Shown: in pieces, positions 8,298-19,473 of the stretch
Layout of the letters: every line of letters starts with the position of its first letter
Position numbering within the stretch: position 1 is the stretch's first letter
Notes under the pieces: generated by a model
What the model was told of the DNA's origin: nothing
Databases searched by the model: none
Seen by the model: only the letters and a program-made list of their open reading frames with translations
Source: a virus
Taxonomy: Duplodnaviria > Caudoviricetes
Virus record (IMG/VR): IMGVR_UViG_3300044617_000977
Span: 1 to 34,595 of that record
DNA length: 34,595 nucleotides
Strand: one strand, 5' to 3'
Translations under genes and position numbers: made by a program

Positions 8298-11200
8298 ATG
8301 ACTGAACCACAGAAATCATTCAAAGAATTGCCAGAAGGTGCTGTATTAGAACCTCCCAAGTCATTCAAAGAATTACCAGAAGGTGCTTTATTAGAAGCAC
8401 CAAAGTCACTTAAGGAATTGCCAGAAGATGCTGTATTAGAAGACGATTTAAGCATCGACGAAATTAAAAAAATGCAGTCTGAAGGGGTTAAGTTGTCTGA
8501 AAAACTCCAACGGAAACTTTTCAAAGCAGAAGATGAACGCAGTCTTGCGGACAAAGCATCTGGTGCAGTAGGAGCAGTTTTGCCAGTATTAGGTGAAACT
8601 GTTTATGATTTTGTATCTGGTGGATTGCAATTAGCAAATAAAGCAGTTGTTCAACCTGCCGCTTTTGCGCTTTCTGGAGGATATGGTCGGTTAGATTCTG
8701 AAGAAGCAAAGAAAGTATTCAAAGAGCGGGAAGAAGCATATAGGTCAGCAGCAATTGGCGTTTCCAGAGACATTGAAGAAACAGCAAATGCTGCCGTTCG
8801 CGGTTTAATGTTTGGGACTAATGTTACTGATAAATTGCTCGGCAAAAGTGAAGAAGAACGATTCAGAGCATGGCAGGACAGGCAGATAATGCGTGATCTT
8901 GAAGCGCAATCTGTTGCAGAAAATCCAGACCGCACAAATTATCTTCTTTCTCAAAATCCATTAATTCAGGCGTATGTAGAAAACGAAGCTAAAAAAATGG
9001 GCTTGCCTCCTGAAGAGGTTGAAAAAGTCAAACAGGATTATATCCAGTCAATGCTGGATTCAGGTCTTACAAAAGAGCAAATCAATGAAGAAATTGCTAC
9101 TTTTGGCGAGTTCAGGTCTCCAGTATCAATACCCGGCGTTGGTTTTGCTGGTAAAATTGCAAGTAAAACTGCTGGCAAAGCACTTTCAAAAGTCACCGCA
9201 CCTATTGCGAACAAAATCGGCAATCTGCCAGCAAGAGCAATTGAAAAAACTGCTGGAGGAATTGAATTTGGTGCAAATAAAGTTCTTCAAGGCACTGAAC
9301 TATTGCAAACTGGCGCAAGAAAAATTGGTGAGTACGCAATCAATGACCCAGACACTTGGATCAAAGGCACTGTAAACACTGCCATCCTGCCTGTAGTTGG
9401 CGTTGTTAAGCCTGTTGCATCTATTGCAAGAATTACTAAAGACTTTGCGCGACAAGTTGATGTTGGTGGAACCGCAGGACGAAGGGGCATTACGGAACGA
9501 TTGGGGGGTGATGCTCTCACTGGAGAATTAGGGAAAAGACTTTTCAGCCCAGAAAGCAAAGGTGGCGTTGCCAGAGCAAAAGTTGCTGACTGGGCAATAC
9601 GGCAATCGGCAGCACTTGTGCAACCTGCCGTGAATGCCGCCGCATTGAATGTCATAATGGGTCTCCCAGACATCGAAACGCCAGAAGACCTTGGGTCTGT
9701 TATCGGAACTGGTTTAGGCATTGGCGCAATCGGTGGATCAAGGATAGAAGATCGAGTTGGTGGGCTTATCGATCCTCGCACAACAATGGCGCAAAAGATC
9801 ACCAACCTTGTCACTCCAGACCCTGCTGCATATCGGCGGGATGAAGATGCCGATATCAAGCGGTTCATGGCGCAAGCATCGCCAGAAATTCAGAAAAACA
9901 TTGCCGACCTATCGAATATCGAGAGTCGCAAGGCGGCAGTTGAGGCAGCAATTTCAAATCTCGAAAAAGAACGAGATGCTCAAATCAACCCAGATGATGC
10001 GGCATTCAAACAAAAGCAGATTGACGGGTTCATAAAACAACGAGAGGCACTGGCAAAAGCAACTCCAGAGACGCAGGCAGAGGCGACTCGCCAGACCACA
10101 CTTGCTTTCATGGACGCTTACGATCTCGCGCAGTCCACTGGCGGGGTCGCAGGATTGCGCGGAGTAAACATTGCTGTTCTTGATCCAGCAAACGCCGATC
10201 AATTCTTTCGTGACCTTTATGGTGACTCATTGAAGCAGGCAGAAACCACTATCAATCTGCTCACTGGCATTCCATCGCTCACCGAGACTGACAGCACAAA
10301 ATTGAACGAGGCACGGCAATTGTTGCAGAAGTTCCAGAACGATGTTGAAGGTGCAAAATCTGCGCGTGGATTCGCATTGCAGGAAGACAATACTGACCCG
10401 AATTCAGAAGGGTTCGTCCCTCCGCATTTGCGTCGAGTAAACCAGCAGGGAGCAACTGCTGTTATCAATGCAGACCTGATCAAGCACATGACCTCGCAAG
10501 GTCTAAATCTGCGCCACACGCTCCAGCATGAGGTGCAACACGCAGTGCAGCAGTTCGCAGAAGTGAACAAGATGCTTGCTCCGTTGCGTGGTCAATTGTT
10601 CGATCAAAAAATCAAGAATGACGATGGTAGTGTCGAGGTTTACCAGCAGGGAATTTACTCTGATGAAGACTTGGACAGGTACGCTACCCAGTACGCAAAG
10701 ATGATGTCTCCGAGCGACAATGGAGCGAGCTTCTACGCTCAATTCGGTGGGGAGGTCGAGAAGATGCGAGCGTACATCAAAGACGAAATTCTTGCAGAGA
10801 CTGCTGCCGCCACTGGCGAGTATGCAGGTGGCACACGCGCATCGCTTGATGATGTTGGTCGCAATGTCATGGACTGGTTTGAGGTCAAGACCAAAAGCGG
10901 CAGGCTGAAGCAACTGAAAGAGACCCTCCGAAAAAACGGAATCCTTTTTGACAATGCTGGTGGATACTCTGCTGTTCTTGGAGCGCAGATGTCGCCAGAG
11001 ACGCTTGCAATGGTGCGGCAGTACCAGAGAGGTCTAAAAGATTTTGACGGCACAATGACTGTGCAGCAGTCACGGGAATCCGATGAACCAGACATTCCGT
11101 TGACGAAGGTTCTGGGCAGTGTTGCTCTCCAAAATAAATATCGACACGCAGACTTTTTCGAGAAGGAACAAATCATCAAGGCGACTGCACCTGATGGTAG

Positions 11201-13517
11201 CGTCACTGAAATCGTTGTTCCTGCTGGCGCAAAAATCGATCCATTCATCGATGTCTACCGCACTCAAGGTGGGCAGTTGGTCGATGCCAATGGAAATGTC
11301 GTCACGCTCGGCCCAGAGATCACTTTTGGCTCGATGCCAGACGGCACAACATTTGAAACCGACACGCGAATTGCTCGCAAATCAAATGGGTCGCCAATCA
11401 TCCTGACCAATCGCGAAATGAAAGCTCGCGCAAGGAAGCGGACAGAGATTATCCAGACTGCGATTGACTCCGCGAAGGACGATGGGTCTGGAGTGCGCCT
11501 CTCTGATACTGGAAATGGCAACTACCGAGGGGTCATGTCTCCCGCGCAGATCGCGGCATTCATGTCGCTTCCAAACGAGGTGGTATCGCCAAATCTGAAG
11601 CGCATGACAAAGTTCTTCAACGAACTCATGGCGAAAAATGACGGCACTCGCGTTGTCATGGAGTATCAGGCCGCATTGCTCAACGGAAAGTACAAGGCAC
11701 TCTCTCCAAAAATTCGCGATGAAGTGCCAATCGGGTTTCAACTCACGAAAGACGGCAACTTCGCACTCACCACAATTTCTGTCAGTCGCTTATACGATAA
11801 AATGCAAGCGTGGTCAGATAAAAAGCCAGAGAACTTGCAACCTTGGAATGGCGATACAGGGGCATTCTGGGACTCTTTAATAAAGCTACTTGATAACCAT
11901 TCAAGAGGCGAAAAAGGCGAAACTGGACTTCATCCTGACGCATACATTGCAGGCAAGATGAAGAACAAGATTAATGATCTGTTCAACGCTTACAATGCGG
12001 AGACAAAGCAATCTAATCCTGATCGAAGCACACTTCCACGGGCAAGAGGTAAGGATAATCTTGACATTGTAATTCGGTCTCGTCGGCTTGATCGCATCAA
12101 TAATTTTTCGGAGTCACCCTCGCAAAAGTTGCCGATCAATTACGGGTATCTCACGACGAACTATATGCCTGCCGTAAACCCGATGGCAGCACCGATGACT
12201 GCCGAGGAGGTTCAGAACCGCTTCGATGGTAGCGTCACTGCTACCCGTGTTCGCAATGCAATGGCAACTGGCGAGATTAATGCACTCGAAAGCGAGTTGA
12301 GGCAGATGGACGATCTGCTCCCCACCGAGTCATTGCAGTTGGTGCAGGGAGAAGACCAGATGCCGAGGATTCAGATCGTGTCGATGTTCGATCCTGAAAA
12401 TGTAGCCTCGCTTGAGCCAGAGGAAATCGTTTCGGATATCGATGCCGAGACAGAGGCTGAACTTGCTATTTTGGACGCGCAGGACGGCACTGTGCCGCCG
12501 CAAGACATCGCCAAGGTACTTTCAGCCAAACTCGACCAACTCTATGCTGACGGGGGTCGCAGTCCGATCATTCCAGCACTCGAAAGCGAACTGGAAAAAA
12601 TCTACCAGCAACTGGAGTCACAGGCACAGGAGCAGGAAGCGGCAACAGAGGATGTCGTAGAAGCACCAGAGGTCACCGAGGTGGATGTGATGAATTCGCC
12701 AGCAGACCTGATTGCACAGGCAGTCGATAACTACAATTCTGGCAAGGTAGACAACGCAACCCAGACGCTACCAGAATACATCCGTAGCGTTGTGAACGAA
12801 GCAGGCGCATTGCAAATCCCGCCAGATGTAACTGACGAGCAAATTGCGGCAGCAGCAGAAGATGTTGTCAACTATCGCCAATCGCTCAAAGAGCGCATCC
12901 GTTCTGGCACTCAATTCTCCAACGCAATTGTTGCGCCTGCTGGCTTGCAATACCTGCCTGCATTCCACGGGACACCATACGACTTTGAAAAATTCCGCAT
13001 GGACAAAATTGGTTCAGGCGAAGGGGCGCAGGCTTTTGGATATGGATTGTACTTTTCAGGCGCAAGAGCAGTTGGGGAAGGATATAGAGATAGATTAAGT
13101 ATAGATGTAAGTGTTGATGGTGTTCCAGCACCAAATGAAAATGAAATATCAGAAAATGAACAAATTAAAGAAGCACTTTCGATTTTTATATCTGCTTTAA
13201 AACAAAAAAAATCTGGATATTGGTCTGATTCATTAGAAAAAGAACACAATAGGGTTATTAATCGATATATTGTAATTCTTGAAAAAGAGCAATATGGATT
13301 AGATAAAAATGATCCTGATTATCAATCAGCAGATAAAATTCTTAATTGGTGGTTTAATCATGGCATCAAAGGATTAAAAGATGAATCAAAGATTAAAACA
13401 GGTACTCTTTACAAGGTTGATCTTGATGTAAATGATTCTGATTTGCTGGATTGGTTTAAGCCTTTGAGTGAGCATAGTGAAAAAGTTCAAAATGCTGTTC
13501 ACAGTTTGAAAAAATAG
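8298..13517 (+). CDS. Giant polyvalent virion protein, N-terminal part: zincin HExxH peptidase and first half of an ART-PolyVal-like domain
   Basis: QHEVQHAVQ at 10524-10550 with downstream DEILAE; FHGT...F...IGSGEGAQAFGYGLYF from 12963. Confidence 0.8.
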   Translation: MTEPQKSFKELPEGAVLEPPKSFKELPEGALLEAPKSLKELPEDAVLEDDLSIDEIKKMQSEGVKLSEKLQRKLFKAEDERSLADKASGAVGAVLPVLGETVYDFVSGGLQLANKAVVQPAAFALSGGYGRLDSEEAKKVFKEREEAYRSAAIGVSRDIEETANAAVRGLMFGTNVTDKLLGKSEEERFRAWQDRQIMRDLEAQSVAENPDRTNYLLSQNPLIQAYVENEAKKMGLPPEEVEKVKQDYIQSMLDSGLTKEQINEEIATFGEFRSPVSIPGVGFAGKIASKTAGKALSKVTAPIANKIGNLPARAIEKTAGGIEFGANKVLQGTELLQTGARKIGEYAINDPDTWIKGTVNTAILPVVGVVKPVASIARITKDFARQVDVGGTAGRRGITERLGGDALTGELGKRLFSPESKGGVARAKVADWAIRQSAALVQPAVNAAALNVIMGLPDIETPEDLGSVIGTGLGIGAIGGSRIEDRVGGLIDPRTTMAQKITNLVTPDPAAYRRDEDADIKRFMAQASPEIQKNIADLSNIESRKAAVEAAISNLEKERDAQINPDDAAFKQKQIDGFIKQREALAKATPETQAEATRQTTLAFMDAYDLAQSTGGVAGLRGVNIAVLDPANADQFFRDLYGDSLKQAETTINLLTGIPSLTETDSTKLNEARQLLQKFQNDVEGAKSARGFALQEDNTDPNSEGFVPPHLRRVNQQGATAVINADLIKHMTSQGLNLRHTLQHEVQHAVQQFAEVNKMLAPLRGQLFDQKIKNDDGSVEVYQQGIYSDEDLDRYATQYAKMMSPSDNGASFYAQFGGEVEKMRAYIKDEILAETAAATGEYAGGTRASLDDVGRNVMDWFEVKTKSGRLKQLKETLRKNGILFDNAGGYSAVLGAQMSPETLAMVRQYQRGLKDFDGTMTVQQSRESDEPDIPLTKVLGSVALQNKYRHADFFEKEQIIKATAPDGSVTEIVVPAGAKIDPFIDVYRTQGGQLVDANGNVVTLGPEITFGSMPDGTTFETDTRIARKSNGSPIILTNREMKARARKRTEIIQTAIDSAKDDGSGVRLSDTGNGNYRGVMSPAQIAAFMSLPNEVVSPNLKRMTKFFNELMAKNDGTRVVMEYQAALLNGKYKALSPKIRDEVPIGFQLTKDGNFALTTISVSRLYDKMQAWSDKKPENLQPWNGDTGAFWDSLIKLLDNHSRGEKGETGLHPDAYIAGKMKNKINDLFNAYNAETKQSNPDRSTLPRARGKDNLDIVIRSRRLDRINNFSESPSQKLPINYGYLTTNYMPAVNPMAAPMTAEEVQNRFDGSVTATRVRNAMATGEINALESELRQMDDLLPTESLQLVQGEDQMPRIQIVSMFDPENVASLEPEEIVSDIDAETEAELAILDAQDGTVPPQDIAKVLSAKLDQLYADGGRSPIIPALESELEKIYQQLESQAQEQEAATEDVVEAPEVTEVDVMNSPADLIAQAVDNYNSGKVDNATQTLPEYIRSVVNEAGALQIPPDVTDEQIAAAAEDVVNYRQSLKERIRSGTQFSNAIVAPAGLQYLPAFHGTPYDFEKFRMDKIGSGEGAQAFGYGLYFSGARAVGEGYRDRLSIDVSVDGVPAPNENEISENEQIKEALSIFISALKQKKSGYWSDSLEKEHNRVINRYIVILEKEQYGLDKNDPDYQSADKILNWWFNHGIKGLKDESKIKTGTLYKVDLDVNDSDLLDWFKPLSEHSEKVQNAVHSLKK
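8304..8441 (+). repeat. Three tandem ~45-bp repeats encoding KS(F/L)KELPE(G/D)A(V/L)LE
   Basis: Seen at the N-terminus of the giant protein. Confidence 0.9.
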
Positions 13518-16500
13518 CTGAAGCAAGGAAATCAATTATTGAAAGAGGATCACGATTAGGTGGAAGGGCTTTTCGTCCCGGTGAACTTGAGAAATTGCAA
13601 AAGCCATTGCCAGACCCGTTGTCACTCACAGGAGAATCGGCATACAAATATGTTATAAATAGCTTTGGAGGAGATCAAAATAGAGATGCTCCAAAAGCAT
13701 CAGAACTTTTACTTTCTCGCGGAGTTTTTGGCATTCGTTATTGGGACGCAATGAGTCGAGGAGCAGGCGAAGGAACAAGCAACTATGTGATCTTCGACGA
13801 AAACTTGATCAAAATACTTGAAAAAAACGATCAACCAGTAGGCCCGATCACGCAGTTCATGCCAGCAGTTGCAGAAGCACCATCTGGCGAGCGTGGATTC
13901 CAAAGCAAGTTGCAGATGGAAATCCAACGCAATTTCAAGGGTGCAAAAGCAACGCCAGAGCAACTGAAGGCAGTCATTACGAACCCGCAGAATGTTAAGC
14001 AGGAAGAGGTCAAGTGGTCAGGTGTACTGGATGCCATCGACCGCATCGCAGGAGAGAATAACGGCAAGGTTCCAGTGGCTGAATTGATGGACTATCTCCG
14101 CAACGAAGGTCAGGTCAAATTTGAAGAGGTAACTCTTGGGAAAGATAGATCGGTTGAAGATATTGCTGACACCTATAGAATAAAAATTGAAGATCAGTAT
14201 GGCGAGGCAGCATTTTACGACGAGTTTGATGAACCGCTTGAATTTGATGAACTGCCATTCGCATTGCAAAATGCGATAAATAAAGCATCAAAATTGCCTG
14301 AACCTCGTTTTGCTAAATACCAACTTCCCGGTGGTGAAAACTATCGCGAAGTTGTGATGGCGATTAATCCAAGGCAAATAAATGAAATTCCATTAAATAG
14401 ATATTCGGTAGATTTATTAGAAACTGTTGATGGTGTAAATGAATATCAAGTGTCGCTTGATGGTCGATTTGTTGGGAATCCTGTGCTTGCTAAATCTGAA
14501 GAAAGCGCAATTAAAAAAGCTATTAATCAACAAAAACCAAAATCGAAATATACCTCCTCCCACTTCCCCAATGTACCAAACTATGTAGCGCATATGCGCT
14601 TGAATGACCGCACAGACGCAGAAGGCAAAAAAGGATCGTTAATTGAAGAATTTCAATCTGACTTACATCAGGCAGGCAGGGAAAGGGGATATAAAGAAGA
14701 TGTTATTCCATTGTCAAAAGAAGAAGCAGATCGGAAAGACGCAATAAAAAACAAACTTTTTGAACTTGAGGATCAAGGTATTGATGAAGACAATCCAACG
14801 CCAGAATACCAAGCATTAAATAGAGAATTTATAAATTTAGCGATAAGAGATCAAGGTGGACGCATTAGTTCTGTCCCAGACGCACCTTTCCGCAAAGATT
14901 GGTCGCTGCAACTCTTTAAACGAGCATTGCGTGATGCCGTGGAGTCTGGAAAGCAATGGATTGGTTGGACTACTGGCATTGAACAAGTCAAGCGATACGA
15001 GGAGGAAATGCGCCAGACAGTTGATGAGATTACTTGGAAAAAACCAAAAGGTGATCCAAGGAAGAATTTCGCGGCGACTAAAAATGGAAGAACAGTTATA
15101 ACTGGACTAATTAAAGACGATGGCAGTGTCTATGACTCAACGATATCAGATGCCAATGGAAAACAATTGAGCGAAGTTGTTGGTAAAGAAATTGCCGCCA
15201 AAATTCTTTCCGAGGATTCTGGAACTGCTAAAGGTGACGATCTGACAATCGGCGGCGAAGGCATGAAAGGCTTTTACGACACGATCCTTCCAAAAGAGAT
15301 CGGCAAGTATGTTGCCAAGATGGGCGGCAAGGTTGAGAAGTCTAAAATTAGTTTTGTCCAAACTTTTGAAGACACAACTGGAATGGGGCAAAATAAAGGT
15401 TATGCAAGTTCTCCAATCTGGCGAGTAAACATCACGCCAGAAATGGCAAAAGTTGTCAGTGCGGGGCAGTTGCAGTTCATGCCAGCAGTTTCAGATGCCG
15501 AGTACCTCAACCTTGCCAAAGACCCAGAGGCTAACCAAGAGCAGTTGCAGAGGATGGTGGATCAGGCGGCGAAGAAGGCAGGGTATAAAGTAACTGGAAT
15601 GTATCATGGAACTACTGGTGATTTTTCAATTTTTGATCCAACAAAAGATAGTCAAAAAAGAGAAAATGGAGATTTAGGGTCTGGTTTTTATTTTACTCCA
15701 GATAAAAACCTTGCTTCAGATTATGCTGATTGGGCAACTGAAATTAATGAAGGCAGAACTGCTCCAAGAATTATTCGTGCAAACTTAAAGGCTAAAAATA
15801 CATATTATATTGATAGTAAAACTGTCAATAAAATAAATAATCCTTTAGATATGAGCAGAGTAGAAAGGGATAAATGGGTTGAGTCATTAAAAAATAAAGG
15901 ATATGATTCAATGGCATTATTAGATGGAGAAGAATTTGTTGTATTTGATAATACACAAATCAAATCCGCAGACCCAGTAACCTACGATAAAGAAGGTAAT
16001 GTGATCCCTCTCTCGCAGAGGTTCCAGACTACATCACCAGACATTCGTTTCATGCCAGCAGGCGAAGGCTTGCCATTGAGTGATGCAACCGCTCCAGAAC
16101 GGCAGCAGCAGGTTGAAAAACCGCTGGGCATGGTTGCACTGCCGAAGAAGGCAACTCCCGTTGAGAGGACGATGCAGGCAGATGCTGGCGACTTCTCGGT
16201 GGTGATCGGCGGCAAGCCCGGTAAGTACGGATTCGGATACACTACGATTGCTGATCTCGCTCCAAAAGTGGAACTGTCAGAGCAACGCAAAAATGACTTG
16301 ATTAAAGCATTGAGTCCTCGCAACGACGAGTTGAACAAGAAGCGGGATGCGTTGCTGGAAATCGGCAACCTTTATTGGGAAAATGTTGAGATTAATGACA
16401 AGGCGGAAAACGATGAGTCTGAAATAAAAAAATCAGCAGAAATAGAAGACCTATTAAGAAAATTCGCTGAAAATCCAGACAAAGAATTTTCATTGAGTGA

Positions 16501-19315
16501 CGCTATACAGGTTGCCGAGGTTGAACGATTGACGAGGTCAATAAACTTGATGAATCGGGGCATGGTTCCTGCGCCATTCAAGTTCCCAGTGGACAATCGA
16601 GAAGTGCCTGTTCCTGTCGAGAAACCTGCCGATATACCACCAAATGCTTCAAAAGAAGATAAGGCTAAATACGCAAAAGAACTTGCCGCATACGAAGCGT
16701 ATGTCGCTCTTGTAAAAAAACGGGAACAAGATGTAAGTGTCGGGCTAAAATCCATTCAGGGTGCAGTTGCAACGCTCTTCAAGACGAAAAAATTCAAAGA
16801 GTTTATTGCTGAAGCAGCAGGACTCACTGGCATCCAATTCGACAACATTCTTGGTACATGGAAATTTGAACCTGAACCGAGTTTTGTTTTCTCTGCTCAA
16901 GGCATGACATGGGAGCAGGCGAAGTCGGTCACAAAATGGTTGTCAGTACTGATGACACAAGATGCAGGCATAGCATGGAAACCAAGCATTGGACTGACCG
17001 AAGGCGCACCATCTGTCTACCTCGTCCATGACAAAAAACTAACCGACGAGCAAATACTCAATGCCTTTAAAAAAGCAAAAGAGGTGGGTATTGACGGGTT
17101 GTCAGTGACTGTTGATGGCAGGGGCATCAAGGCGGCAAATTTTGATGGCATCGAAGGATTTTACGACAAACTTGGTGAAATCCAAAAAGCAGCAAATATT
17201 AAAAATGCTCACCAAACTCTTGTTGACTCATTTTATTATGACACAACTTCAGACTTTACAGCAGATGATGGAAGTCTAAAAGTACCAGATTGGATAAAAG
17301 GAGAATCAATAAATGAAGAAAATATACAAGATCAGCAGAGAGGAAGCGAACAGGCAAGCGGCACTGGCGGGAATAACGCCACTACCAGAGGATTCCCCAT
17401 ACTACTCCGAAGGGGTATCGATTCAGTTCTTATCCCGTACGCAAAATCCCTCGCAGGAGAAGGGTTCACCTTCGACCCAGACCGATTCGCAGAACGCTAC
17501 GGATTAGGTCAGGAGGTCGCGGATTACATCCGAGAGCAGTTGTACCCAACAACTGGATTAAGCCGATCTGTGACTCCAATTCTGGATGGCACAGAGAAGT
17601 TCACAGTGCCTGAATCGTATTATACGAAAGGAGGCAGGCTGAAGACCTCGGTGAATGACCTGATGTATGCATTGCAGAAACGCAGTGCAGACGATGGGTT
17701 CATTCAGCCCGGTGATTACAGCACCAGAGCAGGACAGATCGTTGCCGAAACAATCGTTGACGAAATCCAAGGGCATATTGAGCGAGCGTCAAAGAATCCC
17801 GAAGCACCGAACGCAATTGGGTGGTACGACACTGCGTTAAAGAAGATGAAGCAGAAGTATTCCCAGTTCTTCCCGTTCTTAAATCGCGACACTCCAGCAT
17901 ATGATGCGGACAAAGAATTCATTTTCGACTGTGTGCTTGGAATAGCATCGCAGGGAAACAATGTTTTTGAAAATGGCAAGATGGCGGCAAGAGTGCAGTT
18001 CTTGCTGGGAAGCGGCAAAACCATGCTTGAAATTGTAGAACTTCTCTACGGCACATTTGGTGAGAATACCCGTGCAATTGAAAACAATCTTTTGAAGCTC
18101 GATGAGTTGACAAAAAACAACAAAATCCAAGACCTTGATAAATTGTTTAGAAAAAAAATGACTGTTTCCGAGTGGAACTCTTATTTTAAGAAAAACAAAA
18201 ATCTCTATTATAAAGGGGAACCATTGAGTGTTGATGGTAAATCCGATCAGATGGTGACTGGGTTTAGCGTGTTTGGCCCGAAGATCGGATCATTCATCAA
18301 TAATCTGCATGGTGACTACTCAACGCTCACGGCAGACCTGTGGTTCACCCGTACATGGAATCGAATTCTTGGGAATGTTTTCCAACACGCACCACTGAAG
18401 GAAGCAAATCAATACGATACTTTCAGAAAAGCTATTCTTGAGCAGTATCGAGCAGATTCCGCAAAGAGTGCTGGCGAGAAATTTGAACCTCTTTTGAAGC
18501 GAATAAACAAAAAGGGCAAAAAAGAGTTTTTCGATTATATGCAGGAACCAGAGTTGGACGGCATATCCAGAAACAAACTCGACAAGTTATTGGCAGACCC
18601 TCAAAAAATGTTGGAGTTGGCAACAGCACTTGAGGACAGGTATCGCAAAGGACAGTACACAGCAAAAAGCGACTTGCGACGAGCAGCAAAAAACTGGGTT
18701 GAAAATCGCACTGACCCAGTTGCCGCTCCGAGAACCGATCTGGAGCGTGACTTCCAGCAAGATGTGATGGAGATCGCGCAGAAAAAACTTCGCAGGAAAG
18801 GCATTGATATTAACATCGCGGATTCGCAAGCCGCACTCTGGTACAACGAAAAAGAATTGTTTGGATTGTACGGAGCGCAGGTTTCGGGATCGGAACCAGC
18901 AGACTATGCTGATGCCGCCGAAAATGTGGATGAGATCATGGCATATGCATCGCTATTCAAAGTTACTCGCACTGTTGAAGTGAACGGCAAAAAGAGAACA
19001 GAAATTGTCCGCATCCTCACCCCTGAACAAGAAGTGGCATTGACAGGGGTCAAGAATGCAAAAACTCCAGAGGAGTATGTCGCATTGCTTGCCGCTCGCA
19101 AAAAAGCAGAAGACGACGAAAACGCAGCAGAAAAAAAACTGGAAGAAGCGGAGTTGAAGGTCGCGAAATTTGAGCGTGAATTTGCTGCCGCTACCGATGA
19201 GAAGTCGAAGCAAAAACTTCAGGCATCATTGGAGAAAGCAAAAATGACCTTGTCCAATTTGACTGGTGGGACTAAAGAAACATCGCCCGATTTGACTGGT
19301 AAAAATCAGGAATAA
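13515..19315 (+). CDS. Giant polyvalent protein, C-terminal part (-1 frame continuation): end of ART domain 1, GNAT-like domain, ART-PolyVal domain 2, HhH-glycosylase-like domain
   Basis: This frame is open from 13481. GVFGIRYWD..SR....SNYVIFD completes ART1; IEEFQSD/PDAPF/GMKGFYD domain; YHGT..GSGFYFT..KGYDS..EEFVVFDNTQIKSAD; WYD..FGPKIGSFINNL..TADLWF..QAALW. Confidence 0.8.
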
Positions 19316-19323
19316 AATTTTAT

Positions 19324-19397
19324 CGCAGGATAGAGAAAAGGTATCTCGGTAGGCCCATAACCTACAGTCGAAGGTTCGATTCCTTCTCCTGCTACCA
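19324..19397 (+). tRNA. tRNA-Met(CAT), initiator-like
   Basis: Acceptor CGCAGGA/TCCTGCT with C1:T72 mismatch, D stem GAGA/TCTC, anticodon stem GTAGG/CCTAC with loop CCCATAA, T arm GAAGG-TTCGATT-CCTTC, encoded ACCA end. Confidence 0.92.
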
Positions 19398-19398
19398 C

Positions 19399-19470
19399 CC
19401 GCAGAGTGAGTATTCATGCGGTTCTGCGGACTGCTTGGGTTTTTGATCAAGCGTCAAGCAAAAATGTTTT
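19399..19470 (+). terminator. Possible terminator/processing hairpins closing the late operon
   Basis: CCGCAGA (19399-405)/TCTGCGG (19423-29), then GCTTG/CAAGC and A/T tracts. Confidence 0.35.
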
Positions 19471-19473
19471 TAC

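Noticed and set aside
13595-13597. TTG as an independent start of the 1906-aa ORF
   Set aside because: It falls in the middle of an ART domain and the frame is open upstream to 13481.
13515-13660. TAG readthrough or amber recoding joining the two giant ORFs
   Set aside because: The ORFs are in different frames; reading through TAG meets another TAG and then TAA. No suppressor tRNA is present in the window.
19398-19470. tRNA-associated HDV-like (theta) ribozyme, or attP site
   Set aside because: I could not build the nested double pseudoknot, and no integrase is present in the window.
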